A DNA stretch of 34,102 nucleotides. It comes from Myxococcales bacterium. GTDB taxonomy: Bacteria > Myxococcota_A > UBA9042 > JABWCM01 > BTVJ01. This document shows, one piece after another, positions 8,264-16,605 of this stretch (position 1 is the first letter of the stretch; each line of letters begins with the position of its first letter). Location of the stretch: positions 1-34,102 of the forward strand of contig BTVJ01000080.1 in the NCBI GenBank assembly GCA_045863395.1, in the 5' to 3' direction. A program made the translations under genes and the position numbers. The notes under the pieces were generated by a model. That model was not told where the DNA came from and searched no databases. It saw nothing but the letters and a program-made list of their open reading frames with translations.

Positions 8264-11200
8264 ATCCCTCTCCTTTCAAGCTGAACTCGACTCATGATGC
8301 TGATCCGGTTGGCCATCTCGACCGCGAGCTTGTCCAGGTCGACCTTTGCCTCGGCCGCCTGCTTCGAATCTGATTTTCCTGCGTTGGCAGGCGCCGAAGC
8401 CGTGGGTGCCCGATCCTCGCGGGTGCTGAGCTGCGCCTGCGTGGCCACCGCCATGGTCGCCGGGGCGATGAGAGGGAGGTCGGCCCGCGTCACAGAGCCT
8501 GCTCCCAGTGTGGCCCGCGACAGCATCCCCATGTCCGGCGTCGAGCGGTTGCCCTCGCGGGCTGGGGCGTGCGGTGAGACCAGGCTCCAGTCCAGGTCGT
8601 CGAGCGCCGTCGGGGCCACCGGAGCGTGAGGTCGCGGCTCGACGTGAGCGAAGCCGCCGCCTCCTCCCTCGCTACGACCCGCGCGCGTGGCGCCCTGCCG
8701 GGCAGCAGTCGCCGTGTCGAGCGAGAACGGGTCGCTTCCGAGGACGGGTGAGACGAAGGACATCAGTCCCGAGGCGCCCAAGTCCGAGACTCTCGGTGCG
8801 ACCGACCCTCCGCCTCCTCGCAAGCCCGCCACGAGCTCCTCCACGGAGCGGCCCCCGGAGAGCGTGTCGATGGCGGTCTCGAGGCGCACAAGCAGATCTC
8901 GCGAGAAGCCAACGCCCCCACCAAACGCAGCCTCGCGTGCGGCAGCCGATGTGGGCAGGCCGTCGATGAGCGACGCGAGCTCACGCTGAAGTGGTGTCGC
9001 GGAGCCCCCATCGGAGAGGCGCCTGATCAAGCTGCTGAGCTGCGTCCACGCGGCGCTGCCGGAGCCGCTTGCAGGCCCGGTGGCCTCGCCCGGCACCTGA
9101 GGTCGGGTCGCGGGCGCCGCCACGCCGCGCGCTCGCCGTGCGCCCTTGCCCGGCGCCGCCGAGCGCTCGTGTCGCGCTGAGGTGCTCTCCCCCGTTGCCA
9201 GCTCCGTGGTCCCGTGAGGTGTCTCAGGACCAACACGAACGAGCGCGGCATCAAAGCCCAGGTCCCGAGTGGACCTGACAGCACCCCGCGCCGGTCGACC
9301 GCTCGCACCAGGAGCGGTGCCGGTGCCAGCCACGGCCGAAAGTGCGCCCTCAGTGTGGGGTGCCCCGCTCTTGCCGACGCGCTCGCTCACAGGCTGGAAG
9401 TGTGACGCGCGGCGTCCGCTGCGACCGATTCGCGGTCGCGACTCCTGCGCTTCGACAGCGTCACTCTGGGGGCCACCGGTCTCCAGTGCAGGGACGACGA
9501 AGCCCAGCTCTGCGCCCGCTCCCCGCAAGAGCGCGCTCTGGACAGGGGCCTGCGTGGCCCCGTGCACGGTCTCCGGCGACGACGCGGACGTCCCCGCCAC
9601 CATCCGCTCCGTTCGGCGCAGCATGCGCTCAGTCGCGCCCAGCACGCCGCCAGCGGAGGACTCCGTGGTCTCCGCGAGGGCCTCGGGAGTGACGAGATCG
9701 AGGTCTCCTGACAGCCCGTAGTCGCGGACCCCGACGTCAGGGATGGGCTCGAGTGCGAGGCCGGTCCGCTCCCCGGCGGCCTCCAAGCCCAAGGTCTGGA
9801 GGTGACGGTCCGCGAAGCCGATGCTCGACAGCGCGGTGCGAGCCGCGGGTGACAGGGCCTCCCAGGCGCTCGATCTCGCTCCGGCGAACGAGGACGTCTC
9901 ACTCCCGGCGCCGAGCCGAGCTGCCGAGGCGGGCGCGACGCCTCCATGGCGTCCCTCCCCGATCTCCCGGCCCACCAGCTCGAGGAGCAAGCCTGCACCC
10001 GCATCGGTGAAGCTCGACGCGCTGCTGCTCAGCGCCCACGCGAGGCGCTCAGCCGCACGCCCGATTGAATCCCCTGGTGCCTGCCCAGGCACCTGCCCAG
10101 CACCTCCGCGCGCGGTGCCGGAGACGCCCCGTCGGCTCGTGGTGGGCCCGGCTGCCCTGGCTTCTGCGATTGTCCTTGCGGCCGAATCGAGCGCCGCGGC
10201 GCGACTCGCGCCGGACGTCGCCGTGCGAGACATGCTGCCCACGGCTCGGGACGGCGCGCGGAGCGTGTCCAGCGCCACCAGGGACCGGCCGAGCGATGCT
10301 CGAGATTGGCTCGCGGTCAAGCGCTCCGCGACGATGTCGGCCGCACCGGGCGCTCCCGCCGTGAGCTCCGGAGCCAGCATCCCCAGCTCGGGGGCGTGGC
10401 TCAGGAGGCTACGGTAGGCAGTCAACGCGGTCTGCGGGTCTGCAGTGCGCTCCAGCAGTCCTCGGAGCGAGGCCATGACGGCCTCGGGGAGTCCCAACAC
10501 GGCGCCTCGGGCCACGTCGGTCTGCGCCGTGCCCATGGAGTGAACGAGCCGCTGCGCGTCCAGGTGCTCGACCAGGGTCGGGAGCGCGGCCAGCGCGCTC
10601 TGGCCCTCGGCCGCAGGCAGCACCACCTGAAGGGGGGGAAGTCCCTCCGTCGCACCGGACGATGCTCCGGTCGCCAACGGCGTGGAGCTCCCTCCACCCA
10701 ACGCAGTGCGACTCCCAAGCGTGAAGGGGAGCAGCCGCCCACCAGGCATGCGCACCGATACCCGCACCGGTCCCCGGTCGGCGGCCCCAGCGGCGCGCTC
10801 GGACAAGGAACCAACAGTCCGCCCGCGGGCGTCCATCCGGCTGGTCGAAGGCCCGCGCGGGTGGTCTCCGCCCGTCGTACGGGTAGTCCCCGCGTGCGTC
10901 GTGTCCTGGCGCGCCACCCGCCGTCCGAGCGCAGTCTCCACGGCGAAGTCAGCGGACTGCAGCGAGGTCAGCCCCCCCTCTCGGGGCATGTCCAGGAGGA
11001 TCGCCTCAGCCACGGAGCGGATGTGAAGCGGCGTGCCGGCTCCCTCCCTCGTGAGCGCGCGCATCACTTGCTCCGGCGAGGCATTGGAGGGCGCTCTGTG
11101 CAGCACGCCCAGCACCATCGCCGCCTCGGACGGACTCAGCGCCACCGCATCGACGAGGCGGCGGACGGTCTCGCCCATGCGTCCAGACCAGGAGCCCGAA

Positions 11201-12963
11201 CCAAGCGGCCTCCGCAGGGGGGCGCGACCGGTCGCTACTCCCAGCGCCGCCGAGTCGACCAGGACGCTGGCAGCCAAGTGTCTTGGTGCCTGCTGCGGCT
11301 GACCTTGCGTCCGTGACGGCGCCGCGGCGAGCTCCCCGTGGAGAGCGCCTTCGACGTCGTCGCCAGGACGAGGGAGGAGGGGGGAGGTGCGCGGCGGGCT
11401 CACCAGGGAGGGGAGCGCCCAGGCACCGGCCGGAGACCCGGATGTACTCCATCCGCCGCCAAGTAGCCGGGCAGGATCGGCGGATACAGGAGCGCCCGAG
11501 TCCGCGAAGGTTCCCCTCAGCGCGAACACCTCGGAGGGCGGCAGCGCACCGAGGTGGGCGGTCGCCGAGCCCCGCTGGGCTGGAGCATGGCCGCTGCTTC
11601 GTGGCTGGGAGCCGACTGCCGCCGCGCGAGGAACGACGTCGAAGAGCGACATGGACGGGCGGCGTGCAGTGCGTGGTCCCTGCACCTCGGCTGGCGCCGT
11701 GTGGATGGTCCCTGGCTCAGGACGGACCCAGTCCACGTCAAGCGAACTCCGCCACGACGGATCTGGGCTGGAGGTCGCCGCTGTGAGGCGGGCGACGCCC
11801 AGCATGCGGTCGATGACACCGGGACCGGCTACACCTGCGTGCGGTGCCCCTGGAGCTCCGAACGCAGCGTGAGCGACGCGCAAGGCGGAAACGAGCGCTG
11901 GGAGCGACGCGGCGCCGATGGGAAGGCCGTCGAGCAAGAAGGCCGACGCTCCCTGCGAGATACCACCCTGCCAGCGATTGCCCTGCCTCGAGGGCGCTCC
12001 CCCGACCAAGGGTCCGGCCGCTGCGTGCTGCGCGCCTGGGAGTCCCGTGGTCCCTGTCGTCGTCGGTGCGAAGGACCCCAACCCACGTCGTCCGAGGGCG
12101 GCGTCCAAAGGCAGGCCCGCACCGATCCGCGTGGCGGCCGACTGGGCAACCCGCGCGAGCCGGCCTCGCGCACCTGCCGCGCTGCCGGCTCCCGCAAAGC
12201 GGGCCATCGAGCGCGCCGCTGGGGTGAGGTAGCGGGCACCTGCGAGGCCCATGGTGCGAGGGTAGGGGAACGTCCAGTCCACAGGCGCGGTGGGACCCTC
12301 TGGCTGCTGCGTCGGGCCCTGCGCAGCGCGCCTCGCATCGGTGGTCCCATCACCGGCGACCGACGATACGGGTGTCTGCTCGGCTGCTGCGAGATGGGCG
12401 AATTCACCGACGGGCCGCTCCCAGAGCGCGGGCCGCGATGGTGCTCCATGGCGCGTTGCGCGCGGTCCGGCCGCAGCGCGTGCCGTCGACGATGTGGCTC
12501 CCCGACCGATCCCCCTGCCGCGCGTGGGAGCGGGGCGCTGGAACAGGCTGCGCCGGACCGAATGGCGGACGTCTCCGCTCTCCGACAGCGCGTCTTGCAG
12601 CTCTTCGTCGGCCTCCAGGGCGATGACGACCGGGTCCACGTCGCCGAAGCGCCAGTATCCAGGCGCCGAGCCGCCCCACGTGGGGCCCACGGACCAGTCC
12701 GTTGCGTACCCGAGTGGTGCTCCGCGACCGAAGTCATCGGTCAGGTATCGCCCCTCCACCTGGGAGAGGAGGCCGGTCGTGGCACCCAGCCCCGCGCCGG
12801 GTCCGAAGCCAAACTTGGACGAGGAGATGCGGTCCGCCAGGGCGTGGAGGCCCAACAGAAGCTCCCGCTCGGCGCGTGCCAGACCGGCTCTTGGGGTGCC
12901 CGCCAGGCCCATCAGCTCCGACGCCGTACGTTCGAGGGTTCGCGTCTCGTTGCTCGTTGCCAT
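8242..12963 (-). CDS. 1573-aa Ala/Gly/Arg/Ser-rich, largely disordered CIS-associated protein (candidate tape measure or lumenal cargo)
   Basis: Uninterrupted 4.7-kb ORF between tube-2 and the LysM tube gene. It ends in the helix VDLDKLAVEMANRISIMSRVQLERRG, resembling the C-termini of proteins found at this position in eCIS loci, and overlaps the next start codon. Confidence 0.72.
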   Translation of the reverse strand: MATSNETRTLERTASELMGLAGTPRAGLARAERELLLGLHALADRISSSKFGFGPGAGLGATTGLLSQVEGRYLTDDFGRGAPLGYATDWSVGPTWGGSAPGYWRFGDVDPVVIALEADEELQDALSESGDVRHSVRRSLFQRPAPTRGRGIGRGATSSTARAAAGPRATRHGAPSRPALWERPVGEFAHLAAAEQTPVSSVAGDGTTDARRAAQGPTQQPEGPTAPVDWTFPYPRTMGLAGARYLTPAARSMARFAGAGSAAGARGRLARVAQSAATRIGAGLPLDAALGRRGLGSFAPTTTGTTGLPGAQHAAAGPLVGGAPSRQGNRWQGGISQGASAFLLDGLPIGAASLPALVSALRVAHAAFGAPGAPHAGVAGPGVIDRMLGVARLTAATSSPDPSWRSSLDVDWVRPEPGTIHTAPAEVQGPRTARRPSMSLFDVVPRAAAVGSQPRSSGHAPAQRGSATAHLGALPPSEVFALRGTFADSGAPVSADPARLLGGGWSTSGSPAGAWALPSLVSPPRTSPLLPRPGDDVEGALHGELAAAPSRTQGQPQQAPRHLAASVLVDSAALGVATGRAPLRRPLGSGSWSGRMGETVRRLVDAVALSPSEAAMVLGVLHRAPSNASPEQVMRALTREGAGTPLHIRSVAEAILLDMPREGGLTSLQSADFAVETALGRRVARQDTTHAGTTRTTGGDHPRGPSTSRMDARGRTVGSLSERAAGAADRGPVRVSVRMPGGRLLPFTLGSRTALGGGSSTPLATGASSGATEGLPPLQVVLPAAEGQSALAALPTLVEHLDAQRLVHSMGTAQTDVARGAVLGLPEAVMASLRGLLERTADPQTALTAYRSLLSHAPELGMLAPELTAGAPGAADIVAERLTASQSRASLGRSLVALDTLRAPSRAVGSMSRTATSGASRAAALDSAARTIAEARAAGPTTSRRGVSGTARGGAGQVPGQAPGDSIGRAAERLAWALSSSASSFTDAGAGLLLELVGREIGEGRHGGVAPASAARLGAGSETSSFAGARSSAWEALSPAARTALSSIGFADRHLQTLGLEAAGERTGLALEPIPDVGVRDYGLSGDLDLVTPEALAETTESSAGGVLGATERMLRRTERMVAGTSASSPETVHGATQAPVQSALLRGAGAELGFVVPALETGGPQSDAVEAQESRPRIGRSGRRASHFQPVSERVGKSGAPHTEGALSAVAGTGTAPGASGRPARGAVRSTRDLGFDAALVRVGPETPHGTTELATGESTSARHERSAAPGKGARRARGVAAPATRPQVPGEATGPASGSGSAAWTQLSSLIRRLSDGGSATPLQRELASLIDGLPTSAAAREAAFGGGVGFSRDLLVRLETAIDTLSGGRSVEELVAGLRGGGGSVAPRVSDLGASGLMSFVSPVLGSDPFSLDTATAARQGATRAGRSEGGGGGFAHVEPRPHAPVAPTALDDLDWSLVSPHAPAREGNRSTPDMGMLSRATLGAGSVTRADLPLIAPATMAVATQAQLSTREDRAPTASAPANAGKSDSKQAAEAKVDLDKLAVEMANRISIMSRVQLERRGIWQSHKT

Positions 12964-13012
12964 CGTCTCGCTCGCTCCCCGTCAGCGGTTGGTTGGGTCG
13001 CCTGGACTCTCG

Positions 13013-13726
13013 CTACGAAAGCATCGAGAGGCCCTTCTTGATGGCCGCTCCCAGCAGGGAGTCGAGCAGACCGCTGAGCGCATCGCCCGGGTGGAACACG
13101 AACCAGTCGTAGGTGATCTCGATCTCCTCGAACGCCAGGTCCGACTGCTTGGCGTTGAAGGACGGGCCCTTGTAGCGGGACACGAAGGCCCCCTTGAAGT
13201 CGTACCGCCCGACCTCGTCGCCCTTGGCGTTGGTCACCACCAGAGAGATGTTGTTGCGCACGGTCCCGGCGGGCGAGTCGAGCTGGTCCCGCATCATGTT
13301 GTAGAAGCCCGAGTGCCCGGCGTAGAAGCCCTTCTTGAGGACGAGCGGCTTGAACGAGGCGGGACCGATCAGGTTCACCTGGTTCATGTTGTTGCCGCCC
13401 TCGGTGAAGGACTCGGTCTTCACGGTCCACTCGATGCCGTTGGCTTCGGTGAACTTCGCCCACTGGATGCTATCGAACTCCAACCAGAAGCAGAACTGGA
13501 TGTCGGGGTCCGTGCGGCTCGACCCGAAGAGGAGGTTGTTGAGCGCGGAGATGCCTGCGAGGGCCGCGCCCGTGAGCGCCTTCCCTGCGGCGCCACCGAT
13601 GGCCCCCGCGAGGGAGCCGGAGACCCCGGCGCCCGCGAGAGCACCACCGATCTTGTTGCCTGCGATCTGCCCCGACCCAGTAGCGAAGCTGCCGGCCTGG
13701 CTGTCAATCACGCCTTTGATTGCCAT
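13013..13726 (-). CDS. Second T4 gp19-like tail tube protein (Afp5-like) with Gly/Ala-rich N-terminal extension
   Basis: RTDP..FCFWLE..FTEANG..FTEGGNN..LVLKKG..YKGPSFNAKQSDLAFEEIEITYD; GAGGAG RBS. Confidence 0.88.
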   Translation of the reverse strand: MAIKGVIDSQAGSFATGSGQIAGNKIGGALAGAGVSGSLAGAIGGAAGKALTGAALAGISALNNLLFGSSRTDPDIQFCFWLEFDSIQWAKFTEANGIEWTVKTESFTEGGNNMNQVNLIGPASFKPLVLKKGFYAGHSGFYNMMRDQLDSPAGTVRNNISLVVTNAKGDEVGRYDFKGAFVSRYKGPSFNAKQSDLAFEEIEITYDWFVFHPGDALSGLLDSLLGAAIKKGLSMLS

Positions 13727-13765
13727 GATCTCACGCTCCTCGATGGTTCACGCGCTCGCGGCGCA

Positions 13766-15553
13766 TCATTCTTGAACTGCCTCGGCCCCTGAGCCTGGAC
13801 CAACCTCTTCGACGGCCTGCTGCACGCGGAACACGATGAACTCCGCCGGTCTGACGGGCGACACCCCCACCTCGACGACGAGGTAGCCGGCATCACGCAG
13901 CTCCGGGGGGTTCGTCTCGTGGTCGCACTTCACGTAGAAGGCCTCCTCAGGCACCCGACCCTTGAAGTAACCGAGCCGCCACAGGTCCCGCAGGAAGAAG
14001 GACACGTTGCGGGTCACGCTCTTCCAGAGCCTCGGATGGTTGGGCTCGAACACCACCCACTGAAGGTTCGTGCCGACTGCTCGGATGATCCCGTTCAAGA
14101 CCCGCCGCACGTTCACGAACCGTGTGTTGGGGTCGCTGGACACCGTCCTTGCACCCCACACGCGTACCCCCCTCGTGGGGAAGTACTTCAAGCAGTTGAC
14201 GCCTCGACCATTCAAATAGCCGATGTCAGTGTCCTGCAATACTCGTTCCAGGTCGAGCACCCCCTCCAGCGCCACATTGGCGGGAGCATGGTGCAGCCCG
14301 CCGTCCGCGTCGGTCCTGGCGTAGGCCCCCGCGATGTGCCCGCTCGGCGGGACGAGGCGCTGCTTCCCCTCGTGCTCGACGATGATCCAGGGGAAGTAGA
14401 GCGCCGCATAGGCGGAGTCGAACTGGAGGCGCCAGTTCAGGGCCTTCAGGTGGTCCCGGGGGTCCGGGACGTCCAGGATGGCGAAGCGATCCCGCGTGCG
14501 TTCGCACTGCCCGATCATCTCATCTTGGACGACCTCCACGTTCTTCGTGGTGTTGTTGAAACCCACCGAGTGGTCCAGCGCCCACATCAGGTCCGGGATC
14601 ACGAGGAGGTCGACCTGCTCGATGGCCTCGAGGGCTCGGAGGCCGAAGCGGTGGCCCGGGCCATCGTCCCGCCCTATGAAGTCGGCCGGGGTGACGTTGA
14701 ACAGCCCGTCGGAGCCGTTGCTCAGGCGCAGATCCACGGCCTCTTTGGGGTAGCGCAGGTGGAGCGGAGCGTCGGAGCCCAGGTTCGTCAGCGTGATGAG
14801 CTGGGACTGGCCGTTGACCGCCCGCTCGAAGTAGCTTGGGCTCATGCGGGCAAAGGACAGGTCCTTGAAGTGTTCCCGGAGTCCCTCGCCTTGCACCTCC
14901 AGCTCGAAGGCCACCGGCTCGACGTAAGTCGGGCCACCTGACTTGAAGCCCGTCTCCACCGGCTCATCCTGGCTCCAGAACAGGTTCTTGCCGTCGACCT
15001 CCTGGACGATGCGGTGGATCTCGCGCGTGTCATCATAGATGCGGACTACCGTCCCCCGCGCAAAGCCGTGTGTGGACTTGATGGCGACGCCGTTGTCACC
15101 CGGATGCATGTCCAGGGTGATGAACGTCTGGACCCTCGGTGGCTGAGGCCGGACCGTCGCCGAGATGCCGTTGCCCCAGCTCCCCTGGTTGACCGCATCG
15201 ATCTGGATCGTGAGCTTGTCCTCGTGGTCCCTGAGCCGCGCAGAAGCGCTCAGCGCGATCTCGCCGCGCCCGTGCTCGGCCATGTGTGCCACCCGGAGCA
15301 CGAAGCACTCGCGGCCGCCGTTGGCGAAGAAGCCCTCCACGGCGGGTGCGAGGTAGGTGTCGCTCTCCAGGCGACCATAGATCTCCCGGAAGCGCTCCAC
15401 GGACGTGATGTGCACGGGCACGTTGGTCGGGCCCTTGCGCGTGAGTCCGACGAAGCCCGGGACGCCGCTGCGTGCGAGTGCCAGCGGGGCCACTCTCTTC
15501 TCGGTCTCGTCGTGGTAGACGCCCGGTGGTCGAAGACGCAGCGACTGCCTCAA
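13766..15553 (-). CDS. Contractile tail sheath protein 2 (large, with inserted domain)
   Basis: PPGVY, PGFVGLTRKGP, AVEGFFANGGRECFVLRV, DRFAILDVP, YAALYFPW, VPPSGHIAG, VWGART, WVVFEPN and PVRPAEFIVFR motifs. The preferred start is TTG 15553 behind GGAGG; the ORF track gives GTG 15607. Confidence 0.93.
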   Translation of the reverse strand: MRQSLRLRPPGVYHDETEKRVAPLALARSGVPGFVGLTRKGPTNVPVHITSVERFREIYGRLESDTYLAPAVEGFFANGGRECFVLRVAHMAEHGRGEIALSASARLRDHEDKLTIQIDAVNQGSWGNGISATVRPQPPRVQTFITLDMHPGDNGVAIKSTHGFARGTVVRIYDDTREIHRIVQEVDGKNLFWSQDEPVETGFKSGGPTYVEPVAFELEVQGEGLREHFKDLSFARMSPSYFERAVNGQSQLITLTNLGSDAPLHLRYPKEAVDLRLSNGSDGLFNVTPADFIGRDDGPGHRFGLRALEAIEQVDLLVIPDLMWALDHSVGFNNTTKNVEVVQDEMIGQCERTRDRFAILDVPDPRDHLKALNWRLQFDSAYAALYFPWIIVEHEGKQRLVPPSGHIAGAYARTDADGGLHHAPANVALEGVLDLERVLQDTDIGYLNGRGVNCLKYFPTRGVRVWGARTVSSDPNTRFVNVRRVLNGIIRAVGTNLQWVVFEPNHPRLWKSVTRNVSFFLRDLWRLGYFKGRVPEEAFYVKCDHETNPPELRDAGYLVVEVGVSPVRPAEFIVFRVQQAVEEVGPGSGAEAVQE

Positions 15554-15621
15554 GGGTCCTCCACCGTGCCCTGCCAGGATGGGCGGAACGTGATTGATCC
15601 ACTTCACAGCGAAGCGGACCT

Positions 15622-15651
15622 AAGTTAGCACTCCAGTGGCGACGGACGCAA
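15622..15651 (-). promoter_or_regulatory. Candidate internal sigma70 promoter for sheath-2 and downstream genes
   Basis: Minus strand TTGCGT, 18-nt spacer, TAACTT with an extended -10 TG. Confidence 0.4.
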
Positions 15652-15859
15652 CGCCCGACTACGCCGCGTCCTGTTCGCACAACCCCCGGACCGCCGCAGC
15701 CACGCGCGACTGAACCGTTCGTTGGGCTGCCTGAGCGCCTCGACGCAGCCGAGCTCATCGTGCTGGGGCCCCATCGCAACCACGGGGCAGCCACTGTCGT
15801 CGGTTTGCCTGTCGGGGCCGTGGAGCGCAGGCCGAGGATCCGTGAGAGCTCCACCAGGT

Positions 15860-16021
15860 CTACTTCCTGGTCTTGTTGATCTCCCGGTTGATCTCGCTGA
15901 TCTCCCGCACCCAGGTCTGGCGCTCGCGGTGCTCCATCTCCAGGATGTCGTCGAGCGACCAGTGGAAGTGATAGGCGACGTACGCTACCTCCTGGTACAG
16001 GCGCTCCAAGGGGTAGCTCAC
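15860..16021 (-). CDS. Small tail-assembly-chaperone 'T'-like ORF (DUF6760-like), 53 aa; probably also or instead expressed as a -1 frameshift fusion to the upstream chaperone
   Basis: Below the ORF-track cutoff. (V/M)SYPLERLYQEVAYVAYHFHWSLDDILEMEHRERQTWVREISEINREINKTRK*; GTGA overlap with the upstream stop; typical codon usage. Confidence 0.85.
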   Translation of the reverse strand: MSYPLERLYQEVAYVAYHFHWSLDDILEMEHRERQTWVREISEINREINKTRK

Positions 16022-16389
16022 AATTCCCCCGAGTCACCCCCCATGGAGATCTCGAACTGGTGCTGGCACTCGGGGCAGGACACCTTGACCTTGTTGGTGC
16101 CCTCTTCATTGATCTGACGGTAGAAGTCCTGCAGGAACTGGAGGTCGCTGGAGTACATCCCCTCGATCACGCTGGGGTTGATCGACTGGATGTCGCCGAG
16201 CTTGGTGATCACCCGGCTCAGCAGCAGGATCACGAGGTACGCGCGGTTGTTCTGGACGCGGTAGTCCTGGAGCGGGAGGATCTCGTCCTTCGCCGTTGCC
16301 AGGCGCATGACGCCCTTCTTGTGGACGTTCCCGTCCTTGTCTACGAAGCCCTTTGGGAGGGTGAACTCGAACTCGGTCTTGAACGCCAT
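16018..16389 (-). CDS. Phage-tail assembly chaperone-like protein (gpG-like) with C-terminal CxxC
   Basis: MAFKTEFEFTLPKGFVD..GVMRLATAKDEI..AYLVILLLSRVI..DLQFLQDFYRQIN..CPECQHQF; sits right after the tube gene; GAAGGGG RBS. Confidence 0.82.
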   Translation of the reverse strand: MAFKTEFEFTLPKGFVDKDGNVHKKGVMRLATAKDEILPLQDYRVQNNRAYLVILLLSRVITKLGDIQSINPSVIEGMYSSDLQFLQDFYRQINEEGTNKVKVSCPECQHQFEISMGGDSGEL

Positions 16390-16432
16390 GGGTGGGACTT
16401 CCCCTTCAGGTTTCTTGGAGCGTGGATATGGA

Positions 16433-16552
16433 ACCGGCCCGCCGCTCAGGGCGCGCTGCCAGATCATGCGTGAGGGCTCCGGTTCCGCCTCTGGCGATGG
16501 GGAGTGACCCTGGCAGCATGGTCAGGCTGTGCGCTCTGAGCGACGGGCCGGT
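16433..16552. repeat. Long imperfect inverted repeat (37-bp arms, 31/37 complementary, 46-nt structured centre)
   Basis: ACCGGCCCGCCGCTCAGGGCGCGCTGCCAGATCATGC (16433-16469) pairs with GCATGGTCAGGCTGTGCGCTCTGAGCGACGGGCCGGT (16516-16552). Confidence 0.85.
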
Positions 16553-16605
16553 GATGTACGACGCGGGCACAGCCAGGAGACTGCGCCCGTCTCGCACGCA
16601 GTCTG

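Noticed and set aside
15710..15726. CTGAAC/GTTCAG half-site as an SOS box controlling the CIS
   Set aside because: Only one half-site matches; the other half is poor.
15780..15815. GGCAAACC (minus strand) as a c-di-GMP-I riboswitch; likewise CGCAAAGC near 18455
   Set aside because: The remaining conserved elements (GAAA-loop P2, GACGCAAAG, P3) are not present together at either site.
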